This document shows positions 47,001-59,000 of a DNA stretch of 64,000 bases, piece by piece. The position numbers and the translations under genes are program-made. Source of the DNA: Eutreptiella sp. 'Long Island Sound 2002' (Eukaryota; Protista; Euglenida); assembly GCA_964036045.1 (NCBI GenBank), contig OZ038378.1:187302001-187366000 (forward strand). Direction: 5' to 3'. Within the stretch, counting starts at the first letter, position 1, and every line of letters begins with the position of its first letter. The notes under the pieces were generated by a model. That model did no database searches. It was not told the origin of the DNA and saw only the letters and a program-made list of their open reading frames with translations.

Positions 47001-50000
47001 TGATACGGTACTCTGAAGTCTGCATTGCCGGCCACAGCCCTGTTCGTGACCTGCAACTGCCCCTGGATCCACGTGGATCTCACCGCACGCACCTATCAAA
47101 TTGTGGCATGCTGTGTATGCACAATGCCTGTGGACACCATTGATGGCCAGGGGTGCTGGTCACTGGACACGTTTGGTATGGGATTGTTCGGAGACTGCAA
47201 ACTGCAAAGCTGTGCACATGGCATACATGCACTGCGTGCACATGGCGAGCCGCGTGCGACCTCTCAAGCAGAACACTACCTGCTTTCAGATATATCACCT
47301 GATCAGCAAATTCAATATGTGGGTCCGAGCACAAGGTTATTCTTTGCAGAGCTTATTCTTACAATTTTTAGGGTGGTCTCACGAATATTGTCATATATGC
47401 TCCCTGGCCTTCCCGCCGTGTTTCTTTGCGTCTGAGAAGACAAGGATTTATATGTCACATCAAGTCGTTGCTCCATGTCTTGTGCATGCTGCTTATCTGC
47501 TCAGGAATCTCATCTCCTCCCCTCCTCCCCTCCCTGCCCCATTCTCCAGCATTTTCCCTATTCTTGCTAGTATGTATGCCAAATAATAGTCATGCATTTC
47601 CCCCATTTTTATCCCTTCACAATGAAAGCTTCCTTGTTTGCATACGACACACAGCGTTTGGTCGCCCTTGCTCGCCAGGGTTTTGGCAATTGTAGATCAC
47701 TAACAACGTTGCATTGTCTGACCATTTAGAGGTTGATAGGGGAATCTGTGTGCACACTGTGTGAGCACAGCATGGACCCAGAGTGGACACCACATCTTCG
47801 TCGTCATACTACTCCAGGCCCTTTTGCCAACCCACAGCCCCACTCCCCCCCCCCCAAACTGTCCCCTGTTTTACCCCTTTTACCCCTGTTTCCCTGTCCC
47901 CTGTGTTCCCAATGCTGGCAACCATAGAGATTTGTGTTGTCGGGCATTGACCAAGGGCGGTATATGTCATTGTGGGTGGCTTCCAGATTTTTTTGTTTAC
48001 CTTCAATAGTTGTGGCAATCAGTATTGCAGTTGGAATCTTGCTGAAGGACCCCATGGTGAGTGCAAATCATTCGTGCATTGTAGGGCTTCATGGTGTCCA
48101 AAAATGGGGACACATCAGGGAAGGGGAATTTTGTTCGGCAAAGGCCAGAGGAAATGGGGGGAAATGAGGAACAGGTCAGTAAAGGAGCTTACAACTGGGA
48201 GGAATCCATAAATCTTTTCGGAAACATTGGCAAATGGGGAAGCATCTATCTCCACCTGTACTTGACTTGATTGTTGATTTATTGTTTTCCACTTGTCACC
48301 ATCTGCTCTTTGTCTATTATTACGATAAATTACATTGTACAATTCATGTCAAATTTTCAGCAATTTTAAACTGATTGTTATGCCAAGGCCAGTTTTCGCA
48401 CACTTGATCAATGCTGTCGCACCGGCAAAGTACAATTCAAGTAGGGGGATTTCAAACCCCCCAGTGATACTGGGATTGATCATTGATGGCCCAATTGGTG
48501 GCGGGGGTGGGAAATATTATGCGGTCACATATGTATGGGGAACAATTGACAACACAATCTTTCATACCTACAGCACAAACTACCACCTAGCCGACCCATC
48601 ATGCTTTTGCTGTGCCCTGACCATTTGAAGAGCTTGTGTCACTCTTGCAAAAATTCTACAAAGAATGGCAATGCCGTGCACGTAGTGCGCCTGTAGTGCA
48701 AACTTTTGTAAGTCGGCAACTACTTGAACCCTAGTATTGGCCTTTTTTCACCAGTTGTTTGTTCCATAACAGATTTTTTACGCTTCTTGTGGATGGAGGA
48801 TGTGGCACATTTGAATTGCCACCCATTTTCACCCATTTTCAACCATTTTAGCCAATTTTTACCCGGTTTTGTGGCATGCTCTTTGTTATAGGTGGATGCT
48901 AGATTATGATAATGGGGAATCACCGGGCGTTATGTACATTCACAATGCAACCAATCGGCGGGTTGTTCCACACTCCAAAGGCGATTCCAACCTTCATGGT
49001 CATTGCCAGGGTCATTGCCTTGCTATCTCTAGAACACAATGTTTTTGTGGATTCTCTTTATGAGCTAGCATTTGAACCCTTCATCCGCATTCTCGGATCA
49101 TCGCGAATCAGTAGCATGGCCCCGGGGGCGGGGGGCGACTCCGCGGGTCCAAGACTTGCCAGGGTTGGTGGCAGCAACCAAATTGGCCAACCTCTGACTT
49201 CTCGCACCGCGAGCCCTCCATGACCCGGGAACACGAAGCCAAGGGTGTGTGGCCAAGAGGGGCCAGCACATGCAAGCACAGCCATGGTAACGCAAAACCC
49301 AAACATGGAACACCACATACACACCACGACCCGGACTCAGTATCATGTGTGAAGTTTCCGCTTCCGGCCAACGGTTAGGGGGTGGGGGGTAGTTGGCGTC
49401 CAAAACCGAGGAGTCCCCCCCCCCCCCCCCGGGAGCATGGCTTATGGGTAATGGCCCACATAGTGCTGCATATTGCTACAAGTTGGGCCCCAATCGGGTC
49501 AAGGCAGAATGCCTATGTCTCCAGAAGGCTGCCACCACACTCACGCAACAACAGATTGTGCTTGGCCACGACCACCAATCACCAAGGATATGAAGACCCT
49601 TGTGACACCTGCATAAATGCAAGGTGGTTTCCTCCCTTCCTCCCTAGCTAGGTTTCATTGTGTCAGCAATGCACGCAGTGCCCACACAGTGCGCACGCAG
49701 TGCACCAACTTGGCCAATTGAATGAGCTTGTGGCATACCATGCAATTTAACAACACAAATTGTAGTGCACTCTTGCCATAGTTTGCGTTGCTGTCGGACA
49801 TGCTCCCAAAACCCTTCTAAAACTGCATCATATTGGCAACAACATGAAATGGTCGGAGTCATATATGCCGTTGCCCATGTGTTCAATGCACCAAACCTCT
49901 ATCGGCAAGCTCATCACACTGGCAACATCCTGCAACCCTTTGCAATGTATGAGATAACACTGAAAAATGTTTTTAGGTTCATGTGCCGTATCCCCCTGTT

Positions 50001-53000
50001 TTTCTTCGCTCTCCTCCGTTTTCTGTGAGTCAGAGGGAGTTTTCCTACAACAATATGCCAAGCGTATTGCTGGCATGCCTACAGACTTTCTCCGGTGCTG
50101 GCAAGGTGCTCCCCCCCGAAAGTTGCTGGAGCTGGGGACCTGTGCAATCCCGCTTTCTCTGTTGAAGGGAGGGCCAAAAAGTGGCAGGACAGTAATTAGC
50201 ATCCCTGGAATACCATCCCCAGCACCAAATCACAGGAAAAATCTTCATACACAACCAGAAAAAGAAACTGCCAAATTCCATGGTTCCAAAAGTTGCAGAA
50301 ACAACACATTGTGTTGTGCTGAAGAAGACTTGCTGCCTGTGAGACATCTCATGATACAGTGAAGCCTTCAACTCGCTAAATTTGTGAGCCAAACTGGTGC
50401 TACATTCCTCCAGGCAGTGACAGCCGTGTCCTCTTTCTATCATTCTTCTGTCATGCGACTCCCTTACAACTGTAGACGTCCTGATGTGTCTTCTTCAACT
50501 GCAAAACTGCCGTCCCCCTACATCCACCCCCCGAAACCAAGGGCACACAAACGGAGGATGTTGGGGAGCCCACCACATGCCCCTTGCAAAAGAAAGCCGC
50601 AAAAGAGTGCGTGCATTGGAGAGAAGATCATGGAGCCACACTTTGATTTCCAAGTGCCTGAGCTGTACAGGGGGGGTGGTAAATTTCGCTGTGGGAAATT
50701 TTGTGGAGCCCCCTGGATATTGTGTGGCACCCCCCGCCAGAGTCCACAATGTGTACTGCTATTGTGCGAGAAATTCGTGGAGAACCCTGAATTTCGCGTG
50801 GGAAATTTCGCGGTCAATTTGAAACGCGAAATTTCCACGCGAAATTAAAGTGCCCCGAAATTCCCCCCTCCCCCCCTCTGTTTTACGTAATGAGCAGCGA
50901 TTGCCCCCCCCCCCCCCCTACACTCGTTTGATGTGAATTTCACAGAGTCTTGGCAAGGGTATGTCTCAAACACTTGAGTGGTGGTGATGATGAGTGACTC
51001 AGTGGAGTGGCAACACCTCGTCCCCCACCCGGGGGACACGGATTCGAATCCCGGTCTTATGCGCTTTTTCACAGGGTCTGCGTAGACCCTGTGGTAAGCC
51101 GGACACATTGCGAGATCCCACCGTGTGTATACCGACCACAAACACATCCCAGGGCATACAACAATTTTTGTGACACCTTATGCGTCGATGGGCTTTACAG
51201 CAAACGACGCTCACTGAGCAAAGTGTCAGCCGGCGGTCCACTGGATACCGTGCTGTTCTTTTCTTGGAATACTTTTCTTTTGATTGCCTTTGGTGTGACA
51301 GCAATTGCTATACTCGATGGTGTACCCTTTCAACAACGAAACACACCAGTACCGGTTCAACACACTTATCCTGTGGGGACTTTTTGTTGTCAGGCCTCGG
51401 TTACACTTGACTCCAGGGTTGTTCCTAACCAGTTTCCCGCGTTCATGCCTGTTGGCGTGGGTCTCCTTGCCACACCCCCGTGTCGACCTCCACTAAGGCT
51501 CTACCACAAGCAGAACCCCTATCCCCTATCATTTTCAGGTGCTTGCCTGTACGGTGTCAACCTGCAGGGCCGCTGCTTAGCATTGCATGACCTGTCCTAC
51601 AGCAACCTTGCCACTGCAGACTTGCGCAATGCTGACTTGATGCTTGCAAATCTGGACCATGCCAACCTTGGAGGCTGTCTGTTGGAAGGTGTGGCTGTTG
51701 GACTTGACAATTTTTGTGGTGCCTGAAATAACTTTAAGCCAGCAGGGCCAGATTCTACCAGGTATGACCTGGAACACAGCTGTTTTGCTCCATTCAGATG
51801 ACAACACTTCTTGGCAGATTTTGTCCCTGTGGTAGCCTCGAGGTTCACTTTCAGTTGCAGTACGATCCTGATCATGAGCCAGAGGTTGTGAGTTGCAATT
51901 AAGGGTGCACACCTACTTTGGCCCATCTGGGATTGATGTGTCCTGAATGCTGTCAGCATGTCCAATCTGTCACCTGGTCTCCAGATACAAGTTGCAAAAC
52001 ATCTTACTTCTTTACATCGGTGGCAGCCTAAGTTCATTATGCTCCTAAACCTCAAGAATGTCGGCCTGGTGACCGTAGGGTGACAAATGGTGGAGATAAC
52101 CTGAAACAGCAACACAACGCAAGGGTCCCAGAAACTTTTTCCCGGGAATGAAGGGAAATAGTAGCCACTATTTCCCTTCATTTGGCCGTTTTCAGCAGAT
52201 TCTAGGGCAGTTTTGGGAAAAAAAGGCTGATTTTGGCCCTAAATTGCAGATTCCCGGCCGCCACTGTTGAGTTTGTGGCTCATACTTTGTGTGGTTGTCC
52301 CTCACACCCATAGGTAGCATCCACCAAAATTTTGGCCGAATCCGAAGCACCACGGGTGGATCCTTCGAGATTCCACTTGTCTCCCCTGAGTATGCGAGTG
52401 CATGAGTGTAGGGCTCGCCACAGGTCAGGCAATGTTGTGTGTTGCGAGGTCAAATCCGGGGCCAAGTCTCCTGACATACCACTCTTGGGTTCGCCTGATG
52501 GCGCGGCGGTTGCCTACCGCACTAGAGAGCCCTCTTGTACCTTCTTATGAGCTTTGTGTCTGCGCCCCGTGCCCTGCATTGCTTGGATCCACTGTATCAT
52601 ATGCTGAAGTGAGGCCCACTTTCCAAGACCTATCTTGAGCACTCTTCGAACTTCCGGAGTCAGCCAAAAAAAAAAACAATCCAGGGCCAAGTCAGGTAGG
52701 CCCCGTCTTGTGTGCATTGCACAATGCTACACACAACAGAAGGTGGGGTGTGCATTGCATTATGCCATGGCGGAACGACCCGTGAACAAACTTGAGAGGG
52801 ACCCTCTCGCTGTAAGGGCAAGATGGAGGTCTGTTGTCCATTTTTGCCATCTGGCTAGAGAGCACGGGTCCAAAACCATCACACCCATGGGCTTTGATCC
52901 TTTAAGTGCATTCCTTCCTTGAATATGCGCGGGGCACACATGCCTTCACAGTTGTACTTTAGAAAGCTGTGTTTTACAGTGAACTAGTAGACATTGCTTG

Positions 53001-56000
53001 GGCCCTTCAAATGCATTGTGTGCTGGTCAATTATTCTATGCCCTCTGCAGGTCCTGGTTTTCATCGTATACAATATGGGTTCCAGCGTCAAATGTGCATG
53101 CAGCCCATGCAGCGCAGAGTCCCCCTAATGATGGTGCAGTGCTAGAGCTGTTTGTCTTCTCATGGGCCCACATAAGTTGCTGCACAAAACAAATGTAGAA
53201 GCAGACAGCTGTGGAAAGGCAAGCTTGCAACCCCCGATACATGTGTTCTGAAAGCAACTGTGGTATGGAAAGCATTGAGTGCTTAGGCCAGGAACCTTGG
53301 AACTGGTCCGCAGTACCCCTTGCTGAAATGAGCCATTAGCTACTTCTGCTGGCACAATTATGGCGACAAAATGATGCTTTTTTTTCCAAAGGCTGGCAGC
53401 AGACATTTTCATATGAAGAAAAACATTCTCTAGTTCTCCAATGCACATTTGAGATGTTGGATTGGGTGTAAGAATTGTGGTGGCAGGGAAGTTCTTGAGG
53501 TAAGCGGAAGGAATTCACTGGACAGTGTACAAACTTTGGCCAGGTGTATTGAGTGTTTGTCGCTTTCTTGTTCAGTCTGCTTTCCCTTTTGCGTACATGA
53601 TCCCCGTAGGCTTTGTTCAAGTGCGGGAATTTGGTGCAAGGGTTCTTGTGCGCTGGTGGGGGGACGTAGCCACTGTCAGCCAGGAGCACTGTGTGGCCTG
53701 GCATCTCGGCCTCTGCATGGGCTTTCTCAGGTGCCAATTTGATGGGCGTGGATCTGTGTGGGGTCGATTTTTCTGATGCGAATTTGTCAGGGACAGACTT
53801 CCGACAGGTGTTCAATGTGTTTGCAATTCTTCTTTGTGGCTGTGTTTTGCTTGTGCTAGGATCTTGAGAATGGGGGCTGGCGTCCGTTAGTGAGGAGGCC
53901 TTTGAAAACGTCTCCCCCGATGGCTGCACTCTGCCCATAGCAGGGGCCGGGTTCCCCCCCTCGAATCCCAACAATGCGCAAATATGTGGGAATGTGTGGC
54001 AACGCACGATTCTCGCATTTTCTGGCGTTTTCCCCATCATCCGCCGCCCCCCCCCCCCCTCCCCTCCACACACACACCTCCAAGACCAATAATGCCCCAC
54101 GTACCTGAGCGCTCTTTGATGGGTAGAAATGGTCACCTTGCAAGTGGCCGTTGTCTATTGTGGCCAACGGCAAGATGCCTGGGAATGCAGCGCACCACTG
54201 ATATCTTGTACTGGGTGATGATCCGGAAACCCACGGTCCTGTGCTGCAATACCCACATCATTTGTGTAGACCGGTATCCGATTTTCGCCGTCATGCGAAT
54301 GACTGCATGGGAGAAACAAAGCCCGTCGTGCACTAGTGAGCAGTGTGTCGATGGCCCTCCAAGCTTCGCTCTCCCAGGAAGCTGGTCAAGCTACCGGACC
54401 AACCCGCAGCCCCACATCAAAAGCATTTTCCTCAGGGGAAACAATGAAATTTATTCAAGGCTCTAGAAAATGCAGGCTGATTTAGGCGTACAAGCTTTAT
54501 TTTTGGTTTTTGGACAAGGATGTTGGCTCTCCTGCCCGCCGTGCTTGAGAACCTCGATCATTGGCTAAGTCAAACCAGTAATGTTTTGATGCAGATGCAG
54601 ATGTGATGCAGATGCAGACGCAGGTGCGGCCTTCTTTGCATTTTTGCGGTTTTCCGATGTAGTGTCCTGCAGGGGGTTTGAGTAGCCCAGCATGTACTGC
54701 GATACTGGAGATCAGCCTCACTTCTGATCTCGTATTTCGCTGATCGCCCGTCGAGGGGGGCGGCCCGTTCGAACCCCCCCCCCCCCCCCGCCTCCAGACC
54801 CCCAAAAGTTCTCGTACCCGCCTTTCTGCAATTTGAGGTTTTGGGGAAAACTGCTGGCGCCACAGGCACCGAAGAATTTTTTTTCGGCCTTTCGGAGGGG
54901 GTCCAAACTTTTTTGCCCTATATCTTTATACTCAAAATGCTCGGACTTGGGTGGAGAGTTCAAAAATGGGTGAAAAACATAAAAAAGTTTTTGAACCCAA
55001 CCCGACGGGTTGGGCCTTGGCTGTTGGGAGCCCTGAGCTGATGGGTGGAAAAAACCCCACTTGACCCCACTTGACCCCACTTGTGTTCACCTATGTTCAA
55101 AGTGATGTATGTTGTGGTTACCCACCGACCCTTCCCCTCCCCCGCGGGCGCCCTCTCAGCCCCCCCCCCCCCCCCAACCACCTTGTCGGCCCAAATTTCA
55201 GCCACCACAAAGCGAGGGTGCAGGCCGTGGGCTGGTCCCCCTTGGGGACCAGGAAACAGGGGAGCAGGCCTTTTGCTGCCCCCCCCCCCCCCCCAACAGA
55301 AATGGGGCCGAAAGCAGGCCCAGCACAGCCCCCCCCCCCCCCCCCCCAGCATGCCCTCGCACCCCCGCACCCTCACTGCAGGCCGTCACATGGTGATCAA
55401 GGTCCCTCCCCTCACGGACAGGGAGCGGACGCCGAACGATGGGTATGTTGGGATCTGGGACCCGCATGGTAACCCAGCAGGTGGTCCTCCTCTCCCAAAC
55501 AAGTGAGCAGGTAGACCCAACCACCACTACCCCCCCCCCCCCCCCCCCCCAGCCTGCCCCCCGACGGGAGAGGTGCACGGAGTCGGCGCCCTCAGGGCCT
55601 AAAAAGTGGAGGCTGTGAAGGGCTCGCAGATTGACTGCTGTGGGTATCCCTTGAGCGGCCTGCCTAGGGAACCTCCAGGTGTGCGCGTGCCCCTCCAACT
55701 TCATCACAGACGCCTAGGCCAGCACAGCCCCGTGCACTCCAGTTCAGTTGTGGGCGACCCCTGGAGGCCAGACAGCCACCTGCCGACCCCTGCCCCCCCC
55801 TCCCCCTTCCAAACGGAGCGGACACTCGGGTGGTGTGCCCTCTGGGCCCCCCCGTTTACGCGGGCAGTAGCACCGCCACCCAGGCCCCGAGCCCGGGCAG
55901 GCTCCAGGGCAGGGCAGCGCTCAGCGCGCCCTGGAGCCCCTCTTCCTGCCGTCCCTCAGCGCCGTGGGCGGATGGTCCAGTCCACGACAACACCACCAGT

Positions 56001-59000
56001 GCCTAGAGCAGTCAGGAGGTGTGGACCCCCCCAGTCGAGCGCCCAGGGAGCGCGCCCCCGTGCCTCATGCAGTCGTGGGGCCGCTGGCAGCATGTCAATG
56101 ACCGGGAGGCGGCGTGTCCAGTCCGAACACTCCCCCGGCGGGCTCAGCGTCAGGCTCCCATGGCCTCCCTGCCGGGGCCTGGAGCACCAGGCATCACACA
56201 ACCCCCCACACGCCCCCCCCCCCCCCGACGCGCCTCCACCACAAGCAGCCAGGGCCCGGTGGTGGCGGACCCTGGTTCACACCCGACGACCACACGAACA
56301 GCCGGGACGCCACTACAAGCGGCGACACGGACGGACCAAGCCGCAGCGGGGGAAACCAGAAACACTGGAGCGGCACCGGCGCCAGCGGGCAGGGCCAGGC
56401 GCGGCGCAGCCGTGTGACCCGTCATGCCCTGCGAGCGCCACCAGCATGCACGCCCCGCCCTCCTGCCCCGCGCGCGCCACACACACAGGCACGGCGGCAT
56501 CTCCCTCCCGTGTGTGCCACCACGGGGTACGGGGGCGGTCAACAGTCCGGCAGGCCTTGGGACCGGACAACCGCGATTCGCCTAGCCCAGTCGTGTCGGC
56601 ACAAAGGCGAGTGCTGACCATGGGCCAGGGCGTCCGGCACAGGCCTTGACCCAAACCAAACCAAACCCCCCCAACCAACAGCCCCCCCCACCCCGTCCCC
56701 CCCCCCCCCCCCCACTCCGGACCCCCAAAGTTCTTGGACACGGTGTCAATATTCGGGCCCCCTCGCCGCCTGTTGCCCCTCTGAAATCTAGCAGAAAATA
56801 CTTGAAAGCATCCAGTTCCGCTGTACTTCAAAATCTCTGAGTCTTCATGGCACCCCCCCCCCCCCCCATGCGCAACAACCGCCTTGCGCAATGACCAACA
56901 GCCGGCCAAATGGCGGTCTTTCAGACACTTTGGTTGTTCCCCATAGAATCATAATGTCATGCCTCTGGGACGTCACCAGAACTCGTCCCAGAGCCATGAC
57001 ATTTTTTCCTTTTGGTCCAGACCAACAAGAGTGTTTCTTTCGGAACCTCTTGGGCAGCTGAACATGTTGTGCACCGTTGCAAGCACTTTGCTGGAATTCT
57101 TTTGATTGATGCTGCTGTGCCAATGGGCCTGTCGGAAAGCAGGGCGTTTGGTAGTGCCACTCTGGCGCAACGCACCACAAGCAATATCATCTTGGCTGCA
57201 AACCGGTCCATGGTCTTGTCGAATGACCACCCCCTTGCACCCTTGAGAACAGCTCAGCTGTTCTCAATGGTGCAAGGGGGTGGTCAGCTCAGCTATCACG
57301 CCATGGAGCCCCTGGTGAAACACACGCTGGCACTGTTCCCTGAGCAATGAGGGAAAGTGGTTGCAATATCAAATGCTTGATTTCAGAAGGGGCTTGGCTG
57401 GACACTCAATCGTGCACTGCCCCTTCAACAGGCTCACCTCACATGTGGGCGGTACGATCTCACTACAGCACCTTTTTCAACGTGCTGGTTTCTGGTCTGT
57501 GCTTAAATACGCCTCAGACTGAAATGCGGTTCCCGGAGCAGTTACGAGATTAGTCCCCGAAGGTTGGAAGAGCGTGTTGTTGTGTGTGTTGGGGGGGTGG
57601 AGGATGCGGGCAGTTCTGGCGGGTGCAAAATGTCCCAGGGCACCTGCACAGCGTAAAACCCTCTATCCGCTCCAACGGATGATGCTAGCAATGATTTGAA
57701 TTTTGAAGTAGGCGATGGATGGGGTGGTTATCACTAAGTCATGCTCTGCCCTTCTCAGGCCGACCTTTCTGGGGCCAAATTCACGGGGGCCTGTTTGGAC
57801 CGGGCTAAATTCGCGGAGGCTGACCTGAGCTCTACCTCGTTTCAAGGTAATGACATGTCCCATTCTGATTTCTCATGGACGGATTTGACCGGTTCGATGT
57901 GGTCAGGTGTGCGATCGACATGCGTGCCCTTGCCACCTGACGACAGAATGCCCTGCGATGCATTGCAAGGGAGGGGGCCTCAGGTGGGGCTTCAGAAGCG
58001 GTGAGGCAGACGGTTGCAGGGTCTTGCCAAAGCGGTAGAGGCTGGTTACTGTCGGTTACAAGTGCTGATAGTTGGTCAGGGAGACCGCAGCTGCACAGGA
58101 TACCTCCCCCTTCCAATGCAACCATCCCTCCCCCTCCCAGCGCCCACGCTACCCCGTGTGTAGGCGTTCGGCGCTTGGGAGCAGACTTTATCAGGTGCCT
58201 TGGCCCGGCACCTAAAACATGCTTACAGGGGGAGAGGTATGGGAGGATGCGGCGTCGCCGCCTTGTTGCACGAGCCCCGACACTGGCCTTTTTGGATTCA
58301 GCAAGGGATTGTAGCTGAATGCTTCGTTCTGGCAACGCTGATGGTGGCCTGTGACAAGCGTCATGCAATTGTCAACACCGGAACGTTGACGGTTGTGGGT
58401 CTGTGGACGGACCTGCTCACTGTTGTGCTCAGTCGTGAAAGTGATGATATCCGTATAGTGTTCATGTGGGCCAAAGCTGGCCCCTCTTGCAGAAGCGCTC
58501 GAAGGGGTTTAGCCCCCCCCCCCCCCCTTCATGGAGGACCGTTAGTTCCGCCCCAAACACCTCTTCAGTGCCATGCAAACGTGTTCCACATTCCATGCAA
58601 AAAGTCGCCCGGAAACCCTTCCTTTGCATAGCCATGCAAACCCCAGAAAGTCCTGCAAAGGTTCCATGCGCTGTACGGCCCCTAAACGTATGCCATGCAA
58701 ACCCCATTCAATGCCTTCCAGGTTCCATACAGACCTCATGCAATTGGATCGGACTTTATAGTAGGGTGACAGGGAGTTTTGAAAATCCAGCTTCAACAAT
58801 CCTGACAGCAGGGCGCATCATTTTGCACGCAGACCAAAAAAAAACCAAAGGTGCAGCGATCCCATGGAGCCATGACCGTCCTGAATAAGTTCCCAACAAG
58901 TACGATGTATTTTCCCAAAACAAGTCCCCACCATATTCGAAACAGGTCGTTACGCTCTAGTTCCGGCTCACAACCACTCTGGACAAAGTCTTCAAGCCCT

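Noticed and set aside
50992-51062. Functional tRNA-Gly gene
   Set aside because: Acceptor stem unpaired and mismatches in the anticodon and T stems; kept only as a pseudogene or SINE head.
55606-56649. 347-aa plus-strand ORF in a GC-rich island
   Set aside because: Low-complexity R/P/A/G composition, GTG start, no domain. At most a decayed retroelement fragment (a weak CFWF..VN RNase H-like trace on minus).
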